This document shows positions 21,180-30,440 of a stretch of DNA of 64,000 nt, piece after piece. The notes under the pieces are model-generated. The model was not told the origin of the DNA, made no database searches, and saw nothing but the letters and a program-made list of their open reading frames with translations. Positions within the stretch are counted from its first letter, which is position 1; each line of letters opens with the position of its first letter. Location: NCBI GenBank assembly GCA_045863295.1, contig BTWA01000001.1:212337-276336 (forward strand), written 5' to 3'. The position numbers and the translations under genes are program-made. This DNA is from Candidatus Hydrogenedentota bacterium. Its GTDB lineage: Bacteria > Hydrogenedentota > Hydrogenedentia > Hydrogenedentales > SLHB01.

Positions 21180-22487
21180 ATGCGCGCAATAACCCGGTTG
21201 GCGGCCGCATGCCTTGTCTGCGTCTCGGGCGCAACGGCCGATTCCATCGTCCTGGACGGCAAGACCCACAATGATGTCTACATTGCCGAGAGCGCCACAC
21301 GGTATTACGTACAAAATCCCATCGACGGCTCCGTGTTCAGCGTGGACAAATCCAAAATAGATGCGTCCAACGTTACCATCACGCAGGATGCCGCACAACG
21401 AAAGGCGTGGCTGAACCAGTGGAAAGAAAAACAAGGGCTGACACAGCCTGCTGAACCCTCGCCCGCTCCAGTCGAAGCGGTCGATCAAGCTCCCAAGCCT
21501 CAGACGTCGTTCGAAGAGATTCGTATGCGCAAAGAACTGCGCGACCTTGCCGAATTCGAAGGCGACTTCGAATATTGGACCATAATGTCTCCGTTCGCAA
21601 AAGGAGACGTCGCACAGACCATCCAGGCGAAACAGCAACAAGTGAACCAGTCCGCAACCCAAAGTCTCGCGGCCATCGGCGAACAGGCCAGCGTGGTCGA
21701 AAGCGAAAAAGCCGCCATTCGCGAGGGCCAGGCTCAGGAAGCGGAACGAATCGCCGGGCTGTACGACGCCGAACGCCAGGACATCGAATACATCTACGAC
21801 AACCCCGCATTGAAACATTACAACCGCATGTACGACCGGGCCCTGCTGTGGCGGCACTACGACGACTACTGGCACATCGACGATCCCTATTACTACGACT
21901 ACGACGATTGGCGCGTCCATTACTACGGCTACAAGGCGAACGAAGAGTTCTACCGCACCCAGCAGGCGGCCAATGAAACCTCGCAGGCCTACCAGCTTGA
22001 GCGGGATGCCGCACGCGCGAACATCGGCGCGCTCGAAGCGGAGGCACGGGAAAAAGAAAAAGAACTGAAAAAACTCGCGCTGGAACAAAAGCGCGTCGCT
22101 ACGTTTCAGCATCAGGTTGAAAACACGTCGGCCCGTATCGCCAGCCGCCTGATGGCCTTGGACGCCGCCGCGGACGAGGGCTTTCGGCCACAGCTTCCCA
22201 AAAAATTGGTCCGGCAATGGCAGCGTACCGGTCCAAGCAAGACCGAACGCTTCGAAATCACCAGCAATTTCTGGCGCGTCGATTGGGCCACGTTCGGCAC
22301 CGGCTCAATCAAAGGACGCATCTATGCCGCGGAAGACGATCGGCTCGTCGCCGTGTTCCCCAAGCAGACGATTCTCAACTTCCCATTCATGATTCTGGAA
22401 GGCAAAGGCCGGTACTACGTCGAAATCGAAACATCGACCCATTGCGAACACTACGTGGCCGTCTGCGAAGTCGGCAGCCTGCCGTAA
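21180..22487 (+). CDS. Secreted coiled-coil protein, unknown function
   Basis: Signal peptide ending ATA, coiled-coil core, beta-rich C-terminus; GGAGG RBS. Confidence 0.7.
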   Translation: MRAITRLAAACLVCVSGATADSIVLDGKTHNDVYIAESATRYYVQNPIDGSVFSVDKSKIDASNVTITQDAAQRKAWLNQWKEKQGLTQPAEPSPAPVEAVDQAPKPQTSFEEIRMRKELRDLAEFEGDFEYWTIMSPFAKGDVAQTIQAKQQQVNQSATQSLAAIGEQASVVESEKAAIREGQAQEAERIAGLYDAERQDIEYIYDNPALKHYNRMYDRALLWRHYDDYWHIDDPYYYDYDDWRVHYYGYKANEEFYRTQQAANETSQAYQLERDAARANIGALEAEAREKEKELKKLALEQKRVATFQHQVENTSARIASRLMALDAAADEGFRPQLPKKLVRQWQRTGPSKTERFEITSNFWRVDWATFGTGSIKGRIYAAEDDRLVAVFPKQTILNFPFMILEGKGRYYVEIETSTHCEHYVAVCEVGSLP

Positions 22488-22602
22488 TTCGCGCACGTGA
22501 ACGGAATCGCACTTCAGGGTGGAATCCAATCGCGGTCTAGGATTACACTCCATTCAGCGGCGTCCGGCGCGCGCCGCCGGCTGTCGAAAAAGATAAAGGT
22601 CG

Positions 22603-23244
22603 TTGGAAGTGACTCCGAGCAGTAGACAGTTTCGGGAAGAACTTGCGAACAGCATCACCCATGGAATCGGGTTCCTGCTGAGTGTCGCCGGCTTGGTGGT
22701 GCTTGTCGTCGCGGCGTCCATGCAAGGCGACCCGTACAAAGTGGTCAGCTTCAGCGTCTACGGCGCCACGCTTGTCCTCCTCTACCTCGCCTCCACGTTC
22801 TACCACAGTTTTTATCACCCCAAGGTCAAGCACGTCCTCCGCATCATTGATCACTGCGCAATCTACCTGCTTATCGCAGGTACCTACACCCCGTTTACCC
22901 TGTTGAACTTACGCGGACCCATTGGGTGGACCCTGTTTGGCACCATCTGGGGTCTGGCTGCCGTGGGCGTCTTGCTGAAAGCGTGGCATGTAAAGCGATT
23001 CCCAATTTTGACCCCGCTCATCTACGTGGGGATGGGATGGATCGGCGTGGTCGCAATCAAACCGTCGCTGGATTTGATACCCGCGGGGGGATTGGCCCTG
23101 CTATTCGCGGGCGGCGTTACCTACACCCTCGGAGTCATCTTCTTCGCCATGGAGAAACTCCCCTACAACCACGCCATCTGGCACGGATTTGTGCTCTGCG
23201 CCAGCGTTCTCCACTTCTTCGCCGTACTATTTTTCGCGGCATGA
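22603..23244 (+). CDS. Hemolysin III / PAQR family membrane protein
   Basis: EELANSITHG, STFYH, DHCAIYLLIAGTYTP, HAIWHGFVL. Confidence 0.93.
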   Translation: MEVTPSSRQFREELANSITHGIGFLLSVAGLVVLVVAASMQGDPYKVVSFSVYGATLVLLYLASTFYHSFYHPKVKHVLRIIDHCAIYLLIAGTYTPFTLLNLRGPIGWTLFGTIWGLAAVGVLLKAWHVKRFPILTPLIYVGMGWIGVVAIKPSLDLIPAGGLALLFAGGVTYTLGVIFFAMEKLPYNHAIWHGFVLCASVLHFFAVLFFAA

Positions 23245-23266
23245 TCGGCCGGGCCACCGCGCATCG

Positions 23267-23473
23267 TTAACCCGCATTTTGCACCACGCTTAAATCGTGC
23301 GTGGAAGACTGAAGTACAGTCTCCGTGGTGCCAAATGCTCACACAGAATTCCTAAAGCTTGAAACGCTGAGGATAGTTCACGTGCACACTGAAAGTGCGC
23401 CGGTTTTGGTAACAGGCCGGTTGAATTGTTGGTACACAGTTAGTTGGACAAAGTCGTGAAATATCCGGGTTAA
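23267..23473. mobile_element. Putative MITE (non-autonomous IS-derived element)
   Basis: 18-bp imperfect terminal inverted repeats (15/18 match) with TTAA outer ends, no internal ORF, intergenic. Confidence 0.55.
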
Positions 23474-23659
23474 GCCCCGAAGGCAAGGCAACCATTCTTC
23501 AAGTTTCTACGGAGCCCAGCCAGCCAACGCTTCCATCCTGCCGTTCGATGGCTTTATTGACCGCGTTAACTTCTGCGCAACCGGCGTGACGGTCTTCGAG
23601 GTTGCCATTACCTCGGACAAGGCGTAGATTAACGTCGAGTTACGAGGGGAGTGATTCCG

Positions 23660-24646
23660 ATGACAAAAAACCGGGCATGGCTTGGTTTGTTCCTTTTGGG
23701 TCTCTGGGTTGTGGGCTGCGGCAATCCTCCGGGTGAAACTGGCGATTCCGCCAAAACCTCCGCACAAACCGTTAAGACCATCGGCGTATCCCTGCTCACT
23801 CAGCGCCACCAGTTCTTCCGCGATCTGACCGAAGGGCTCGAGGAAGCCGCCGCCGCCAACGGATTCACGCTTCGCGTGCAATACGCGGAGTTTGACGGAC
23901 CACGGCAGTTTAATCAGATCGAAACCTTCGTAAACCAGAAAGTCGACGCCATTATCGTTTCGCCGAAGGATTCCGAAGGCATCGCCCCCGCAATCGAGGC
24001 GGCCGTCAAGGCCGGTATTCCCGTATTTACATCCGACATTGCCGCAAAGAACGCGCCGGTCACGTCCCATATCGCGTCCGACAACGTGCAGGGCGGCCGC
24101 CTTATCGGCGAATACCTGGCGAACCTGTTGGGCGGCAAAGGGCAGGTCGCCATCATCGATCACGCTGAAGCCACATCCGTGCAAGACCGTGTGCGCGGAT
24201 TCGAGGAAGCGCTCTCCAAATACCCCGATATGAAGATCGTGCAAAAAGCCCCCGGCGGTGGTGTGCGCGACAAAGCCATGCGCGCAGCGCAGGACGTCCT
24301 CCAAGCCAACCCGGATCTCACCGCAATCTTCGGCATCAACGACGACTCCGCACTGGGCGCCATGGCCGCCGTCGAGTCAGGAAAGATGCAAGACAAAATC
24401 ATCATTGTCGGCTACGACGGCACTCCCGAAGCATGCGAAGCCATCCTTGCGGAAAGACCCTTAAAGGCCGATACCGTACAATATCCCAAAGAGATTGCAA
24501 AGAAAACCATTGAGACCGTCGCGGCGCATTTTCGCGGTGAAACCGTGCCGCCCGTCGTGCCGGTGGAAGTGGGTATTGTCGACAAGGAAGTGCTCATCCG
24601 GCAAGCCGTGACAGAATCCGGAGTAGCGGTGGAGAAAGCGGAGTGA
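23660..24646 (+). CDS. Monosaccharide ABC transporter substrate-binding lipoprotein (RbsB-like)
   Basis: Lipobox VVGC; IASDNVQGG, DRVRGF, NDDSALGA, VGYDG; alternative GTG start at 23651. Confidence 0.9.
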   Translation: MTKNRAWLGLFLLGLWVVGCGNPPGETGDSAKTSAQTVKTIGVSLLTQRHQFFRDLTEGLEEAAAANGFTLRVQYAEFDGPRQFNQIETFVNQKVDAIIVSPKDSEGIAPAIEAAVKAGIPVFTSDIAAKNAPVTSHIASDNVQGGRLIGEYLANLLGGKGQVAIIDHAEATSVQDRVRGFEEALSKYPDMKIVQKAPGGGVRDKAMRAAQDVLQANPDLTAIFGINDDSALGAMAAVESGKMQDKIIIVGYDGTPEACEAILAERPLKADTVQYPKEIAKKTIETVAAHFRGETVPPVVPVEVGIVDKEVLIRQAVTESGVAVEKAE

Positions 24647-26148
24647 GTGAATTCGTTCTTGAAATGCGCGACATCGTGAAACGTTATCCCGGTGTGCTCG
24701 CCGTCGATCACGGTCAACTCACGTTGCGCCCCGGCGAAGCTCATTGTCTGGTGGGGGAAAATGGCGCGGGCAAATCCACGTTAATGAAAATCCTGTCCGG
24801 TGCGGTGCAAGCCGACTCCGGCGAAATACGGATCGGCGGCGAAAAAGTAACCATTCATTCGCCCCATCATGCACAACAGCTCGGCGTGAGCATGATCTAC
24901 CAGGAGTTCAATCTAAGCCCGTACTTGTCCGTGGCGGAAAACATCTTCCTGGGGCGCGAACCCCGCATCAATCGCACGCCGTTCATAAACTGGAAGAAGT
25001 TGTTTGGCGATGCCGAAGCCATTTTGCGGCAGATTCGCGTGAAGCTCGATGTGCGCAAGCCCATTTACGAATTGAGCATCGCCCAACAACAGATGGTGGA
25101 AATCGCCAAGGCCATCTCCTTTAATTCGAAAATCATCGTAATGGATGAACCTTCCGCCACGCTCACCGATCACGAACTCCAGGCGCTTTTCGACTTAATC
25201 GCCAACTTGAAGCAGCAGGGCATTGGCATCATCTACATCTCTCACCGGCTGGAAGAAATATTCACAATCGGCGATCGCGTCACTGTGATGCGCGATGGAC
25301 AATACGTGGCGACGAAAGCCGTGGGCGACACCTCCCGTGAAGACATCATCACCATGATGGTGGGCCGCGAACTGAAAAACGAATATCCCAAGGAGACGTT
25401 TCAGCGCGGCCGGGAACGGCTTCGCATTGAAGGCCTTCAGCGGAACGGCGCGTTCAGTGGCGTCAGCTTTTCGTTGCACGAGGGCGAAATTGTCGGCCTC
25501 ACCGGCCTCGTCGGCGCGGGCCGGACCGAAGTGGCCCGAGCCATCTTCGGCGCGGATCGCATTGACGGCGGCTCCATCCAACTGGATGGCAAGCCCGTCA
25601 GTATCCGCTCCCCGCAGGATGCGATTCGAAACGGCATCGGATTGCTCACCGAAGACCGCAAGAACCAGGGACTCATCCTCGGCATGGCCGTACGGGAAAA
25701 CACCACGCTCGCCAACTTGCGCGCGCTCGTAAAGCGCATCTTCATCAGTGGGCGGCAGGAACGAACCGTTGCGGAAGGCTACGTGAAAGACCTCCGTATC
25801 AAGACGCCGTCCATCGAACAAACCGTGCAAAACCTGAGCGGTGGGAATCAGCAGAAAGTCGTATTGGCCAAGTGGCTCTTTACCAAGTCCCGAATCCTGA
25901 TATTCGACGAACCGACCCGGGGCATTGATGTTGGCGCCAAGGTGGAAATCTACAAGTTGATGAATGAACTCGTCCGGCAGGGCGTGTGCATCATCATGAT
26001 CTCAAGTGAACTGCCTGAAGTCCTCGGCATGTGCGATCGCATCCTCGTCATGCACGAAGGCAGGCTCGCCGGTGAGTTGGCGCGAAATCAAGCCAGCCAG
26101 GAAGCAGTAATGCATTTGGCCATGGGCCAGACGCCGTTGGCGAAGTAG
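24643..26148 (+). CDS. Sugar ABC transporter ATPase (RbsA-like, two domains)
   Basis: GENGAGKST, MDEPS, LSGGNQQKVVLAKWL, DEPTRGIDVGAK. Confidence 0.95.
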   Translation: MSEFVLEMRDIVKRYPGVLAVDHGQLTLRPGEAHCLVGENGAGKSTLMKILSGAVQADSGEIRIGGEKVTIHSPHHAQQLGVSMIYQEFNLSPYLSVAENIFLGREPRINRTPFINWKKLFGDAEAILRQIRVKLDVRKPIYELSIAQQQMVEIAKAISFNSKIIVMDEPSATLTDHELQALFDLIANLKQQGIGIIYISHRLEEIFTIGDRVTVMRDGQYVATKAVGDTSREDIITMMVGRELKNEYPKETFQRGRERLRIEGLQRNGAFSGVSFSLHEGEIVGLTGLVGAGRTEVARAIFGADRIDGGSIQLDGKPVSIRSPQDAIRNGIGLLTEDRKNQGLILGMAVRENTTLANLRALVKRIFISGRQERTVAEGYVKDLRIKTPSIEQTVQNLSGGNQQKVVLAKWLFTKSRILIFDEPTRGIDVGAKVEIYKLMNELVRQGVCIIMISSELPEVLGMCDRILVMHEGRLAGELARNQASQEAVMHLAMGQTPLAK

Positions 26149-26151
26149 TCC

Positions 26152-27141
26152 ATGGCAAGCGCGGGGCCGCGCGCCGCGGCCGCTTACCTCAAGACATACG
26201 GATTCCTGCTGCTGGCGCTCATCCTGGAATGCACGGCCTTTGAAATCATCGCACGCACCATGGGCCGACCACCGTTCCTTTCCCTGTCCAACGCCATCCT
26301 GATTCTGAATCAGTCCGCCATCTACGGCGTGGTCGCGGTCGGTGCCACCTACGTCATTCTAAGCGGCGGCATCGATCTGTCTGTCGGGTCGCTCGTGGCC
26401 TTTGGCGGCGTCATCGGAGCGCTCGTTTCGCGTCAACTGGGTGACGCAAGTTGGCTGGCCACCGCCGCGGGCGCCGTCGCCGCCATGGGGTGCGGGGCCG
26501 CCACCGGCACCGTCGCCGCATTCTTCATCGTGCGATTCAAAATTCCTCCGTTCATCGCCACCCTCGCGCTCATGAGTTCCGTGCGCGGTTTCGGCTATCA
26601 AATCGTCGGCGGCAGCCCGGTTTCACAACTCTCGCAACGATTCCAGTTTCTCGGCAATCACCGCGTCGGCGGTCTTCTGCCTGTCGCCGTAATCCTGCTG
26701 CTCGGCGTCTTTGTCGCGGGCGGCGCCGTGTTGAAATACACGCGGTTCGGCCGGTACGTGCGCGCCATCGGCGGAAACGAAGAAACCGCCCGTCTCAGCG
26801 GCGTGCCCGTCGGCCGGATAAAATGGGGTATCTACGCCTTGAGCGGCACACTTGCCGCGCTCGGAGGCGTGGTGCTCGCCTCCCGAATGAACTCGGGCGA
26901 TCCCAACGTCGGTCTCGGCGATGAATTGCAGGTCATCGCCGCCGTGGTAGTAGGTGGTACCAGCCTCAGCGGCGGCCGAGGCTCGCTCACAGGAACCCTC
27001 TTGGGCCTCTTGATTATTGCCGTGCTCTATACCGGGCTGAACTGGGTCGGTGTTCAAAGCTTCGGCCAGCAGGTCATCCTGGGAATCGTTATTCTCGCGG
27101 CGGTGCTGATGGATAAACTACGGTCGCAAACCGGCACGTAA
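26152..27141 (+). CDS. Sugar ABC transporter permease (RbsC-like)
   Basis: GGIDLSVGS, PPFIATL, AIGGNEETARLSG, IAAVVVGGTSLSGG. Confidence 0.94.
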   Translation: MASAGPRAAAAYLKTYGFLLLALILECTAFEIIARTMGRPPFLSLSNAILILNQSAIYGVVAVGATYVILSGGIDLSVGSLVAFGGVIGALVSRQLGDASWLATAAGAVAAMGCGAATGTVAAFFIVRFKIPPFIATLALMSSVRGFGYQIVGGSPVSQLSQRFQFLGNHRVGGLLPVAVILLLGVFVAGGAVLKYTRFGRYVRAIGGNEETARLSGVPVGRIKWGIYALSGTLAALGGVVLASRMNSGDPNVGLGDELQVIAAVVVGGTSLSGGRGSLTGTLLGLLIIAVLYTGLNWVGVQSFGQQVILGIVILAAVLMDKLRSQTGT

Positions 27142-27167
27142 TACAATCATCCGGCCCCTGGAAAGGG

Positions 27168-27746
27168 TCAGTCCGTGTTTACTTCCATCCACTCCGCGTA
27201 CTTCGCCGGATACTCTTTCACGACCCACTCGTCAAACGGCAGCGGACTGCCTTCGTACAGATCGACGACTTCACCGATAGGCGCATCCATGAAGAAGAGA
27301 AGAAACTGCTCCCGCGCTTCTGCCGGAGTGCCGCCGTTGAGCAACACATAGATCGCCGACGCCGTGCCCGCGCGATGAACGCCTGCGTGACAGTGCGCCA
27401 GTACCGCACCCTCGGAATTCTTGCAGATATCGACAAATGCCGCGAGCGACTCTGGATCGGGAATCCGTCGCATGGTCCATTGAAAGGACTTGTATTCCAC
27501 GCCGAGCGCATCGCACACCGCCTTCTCTTCCACCCACCATTCCTCGTCCGGGTGCTCGCCGCGAAGGTTTACGACCGTACTCACATTGTGCCGGCGCAAA
27601 TACATGCCGATGCGCGAATCGGGCATCTGCCCGGCCCGGTAAAACTTGTCTTTCTCCACCGCGCGAAGGTTGTGATCGAGATGGTAGCAACCCGAACCCG
27701 ACAGCCCTATCAGCGCTACCAACATCCACGTCTTGCCCTGCAACAT
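27168..27746 (-). CDS. Dual-specificity/tyrosine phosphatase family lipoprotein
   Basis: Lipobox-like SGSGC; FYRAGQ, VVNLRG, HCHAGVHRAG (CX5R). Confidence 0.83.
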   Translation of the reverse strand: MLQGKTWMLVALIGLSGSGCYHLDHNLRAVEKDKFYRAGQMPDSRIGMYLRRHNVSTVVNLRGEHPDEEWWVEEKAVCDALGVEYKSFQWTMRRIPDPESLAAFVDICKNSEGAVLAHCHAGVHRAGTASAIYVLLNGGTPAEAREQFLLFFMDAPIGEVVDLYEGSPLPFDEWVVKEYPAKYAEWMEVNTD

Positions 27747-27846
27747 CCTGGTTCCTCTGCCCGCGTACCGCGTGCTGTTTTTGAAATGGTATACTACGCG
27801 GCAATCATCAGGCGATTCCACGAATCCGGGAGGTCGATCGGTCAAC

Positions 27847-30321
27847 ATGATGGCACGAACCTGCTTCACGATCTCGCTTGCAATTCTGCTGCCCGCGGCC
27901 GCATATGCACAATCCGGGGATCTCGGCGAAATCGCGTTTCGTCAGGCCCTCAAAGACATGGGCACCGACCTGCGTCTCATGTGCGTGGCCGCCCATCCCG
28001 ACGACGAAGACGGCGCCACCCTTGCCCTGTATAGGATGCTCTACGGATACAAAACGTTTGCAGTCATCGCCACGCGCGGCGAAGGCGGCCAGAACGAGAT
28101 CGGCCCGGAACTCTACAACGAGTTGGGCGTCATTCGAACCCGGGAAATGATGGCGGCCGCGGAAATCGAAGGTGCGGAACTCCACTACTTGAACTATCCG
28201 GAGTTCGGTTACTCGAAATCGATGGAGGAGACATTCGAGGTATGGGGAAAAGACGCCGCCCTCAAAACCCTCGTGCGCACCATCCGCACACTGCGCCCCG
28301 ACGTTATTATCACGAACCATGGCCTGCGCCAGGATCACGGTCATCATCAGGCGGTCGGCCAACTCCTGCTCGATGCTTTTGAAGCCGCCGCGAACCGCAA
28401 CATGTTCCCCGAACTGATTCTCGAGGAAGACTTGGAACCCTGGCAGGTAACCCGCCTCTACATGCGGCTCTGGCAGGATGCGCCCGAAAGCGGCGCGGTT
28501 ACCGTTGATTTCGGCATCGTCGATCCGGTTCGCGGCAAGACCTACGCGGAGATTGCCGCTGACGCTTTGCGCACCCACACCTCGCAAGGCATGGAGATGT
28601 TTATCCGCTACTATCTCACGGGCCGCCCCAAGGCGTATTACCGACTCGTCAAAGAAGCCCCTCAGGACATGAGCTGGACGGAAAACCGTGTCACCCCCGC
28701 GCCGGTGGTGGAAAAGTTGGCCGCGCCCGCGCAGGGGCCGCTCTTCGAAGGGTTGGTCGATCGCGTGGCTCCGAAGGCGCGCGCATTGGGATCGGCATCG
28801 GTCATAGGTGCAATCGATGCGCCGGAAGTGAAGGATACGTTTCAGTCCGTTGAAGCGTTGAAACCGTTTATCAACGCACCATTGGGCCGCGACGCGGTCA
28901 AGCCCTTTCTCTTACGTCACGCCGCCAACATGGCGGAAAGGAAGGAACAAGGGCCGTCGGCTCTCCGCGATTGGGAGCGCGCCAATCGGGCTGCTGCCAT
29001 CGCCGCGGAGTTGCGGCTCGACGTCAAACCGAGCGACGCCGCAGTCACGCCCGGACAGGGATTCGAACTGCAAGCCAGCCTGTCCGATTTTGGAGACCTC
29101 GATGCGCAGCGCGTCGCATTCGCCGTGGAAACAGCCAGCCACTTTCCGCTCGATTCCACGCCGGGCATGACGGTGTCGATCGATGCCGCGGGCACGGCCA
29201 AGGCGCAGTTGCCGGTGCGCGTGCCCGATACCCAACCGCAAACCATACCCCATGCGGACCACCTGTTCGATCCCACTTTTCTGGTGCCGCAGATGACCGT
29301 CGTGGCGCGCGTGACCTGTGCCGACGGCGTCGAACTGGAATTGCGAAAGCCTGTGTATGTGGATATTGCACCCAAGGTGTCGCTCGCGTTTCTGGATGCG
29401 CCGTATTTGCTGCGTCTGAATCACGACAAAACGGTTCGCGTCAAGGTGCTGGTCACCAACAACACGACTGGGCCGTTCGAGGGCGTGCTCAACGTCTCGC
29501 CCTCGCCGGGGCTCACCGCGGAAGCGCTGTCCATCCCGTTCAAGATGGCGGCGGAAGGCGACCAGAAATTGATTCCCATCGACCTTGCGGTGGGCGAGCA
29601 ATTGTCGCCCCGCGGCTTCCATGTGACCGCAATGGCCGACAACGCCGGCGATGCCGTGCACGGCATCGTGCAGGCCATGGAACTCGACGTTCCCGACGAC
29701 GTGCGAATTGGCGTCATTCAAAGCTACGACGACACGTTCGTCAACGCGCTGGAAAAGATGGGTGTGCCGCATCAGGCCATCACTCTCGAAGACTTCGCGC
29801 CCGACCGGCTCGACGCCTTTACAGCCATTCTTGTGGACATACGAGCCTATCTCGCCCGGCCTGATCTTCGCGCGAACAATGCGGCCCTGCTGGAATACGT
29901 CCAGCGGGGCGGCGTCCTGCTCGTGCAGTATCAAAAGACCATGGACTGGAAAGAAGACTACGCGCCGTATCCCATCAAGTTGTCGCAGAACCGCGTCACG
30001 CGGGAAGACGCGCCCATCGAAGTGCTGGCCGCCGATCACCCTTTGTTTACTACGCCGAACGCCATTGGCGCGGACGACTGGACGGGTTGGATTCAGGAGC
30101 GCGGACTCTACTTTCCCGAGACGTGGAGCCAGGAATACACGCCGCTCCTCGCGTGCAGCGATCCCGGCGAGACGATACCGCCCGGCGCGTGCCTCATCGC
30201 GAAACACGGCGAAGGTACCTACCTCTACACAGCGCTCGGATGGTACCGGCAGATTCGGGAACTTCATCCCGGCGCCATGCGGGTTTTCGCCAACATGATT
30301 GCCCTGGGAGAGAAACGGTGA
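27847..30321 (+). CDS. Exported PIG-L/LmbE family deacetylase with Ig-like and C-terminal GATase-like domains
   Basis: Signal peptide ending AYA; AHPDDE, TRGEGGQNEIGPE, HGHH, WIQERGLYF. Confidence 0.9.
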   Translation: MMARTCFTISLAILLPAAAYAQSGDLGEIAFRQALKDMGTDLRLMCVAAHPDDEDGATLALYRMLYGYKTFAVIATRGEGGQNEIGPELYNELGVIRTREMMAAAEIEGAELHYLNYPEFGYSKSMEETFEVWGKDAALKTLVRTIRTLRPDVIITNHGLRQDHGHHQAVGQLLLDAFEAAANRNMFPELILEEDLEPWQVTRLYMRLWQDAPESGAVTVDFGIVDPVRGKTYAEIAADALRTHTSQGMEMFIRYYLTGRPKAYYRLVKEAPQDMSWTENRVTPAPVVEKLAAPAQGPLFEGLVDRVAPKARALGSASVIGAIDAPEVKDTFQSVEALKPFINAPLGRDAVKPFLLRHAANMAERKEQGPSALRDWERANRAAAIAAELRLDVKPSDAAVTPGQGFELQASLSDFGDLDAQRVAFAVETASHFPLDSTPGMTVSIDAAGTAKAQLPVRVPDTQPQTIPHADHLFDPTFLVPQMTVVARVTCADGVELELRKPVYVDIAPKVSLAFLDAPYLLRLNHDKTVRVKVLVTNNTTGPFEGVLNVSPSPGLTAEALSIPFKMAAEGDQKLIPIDLAVGEQLSPRGFHVTAMADNAGDAVHGIVQAMELDVPDDVRIGVIQSYDDTFVNALEKMGVPHQAITLEDFAPDRLDAFTAILVDIRAYLARPDLRANNAALLEYVQRGGVLLVQYQKTMDWKEDYAPYPIKLSQNRVTREDAPIEVLAADHPLFTTPNAIGADDWTGWIQERGLYFPETWSQEYTPLLACSDPGETIPPGACLIAKHGEGTYLYTALGWYRQIRELHPGAMRVFANMIALGEKR

Positions 30322-30440
30322 TTCGGACAGCGGCTGTTTGTCTCGTCATGAATCCGGCATGAGTTGATCCGCGTCGGCAATATCCTGATCATGGTCTCTG
30401 GTCGTGCCAACGATAACCTCTGGAGTGTTGCATTTTTACC

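Noticed and set aside
20052..21180. No pyrC after pyrB, and no gspN or prepilin peptidase in the T2SS operon
   Set aside because: These genes are often encoded elsewhere; absence from a 64-kb window is uninformative
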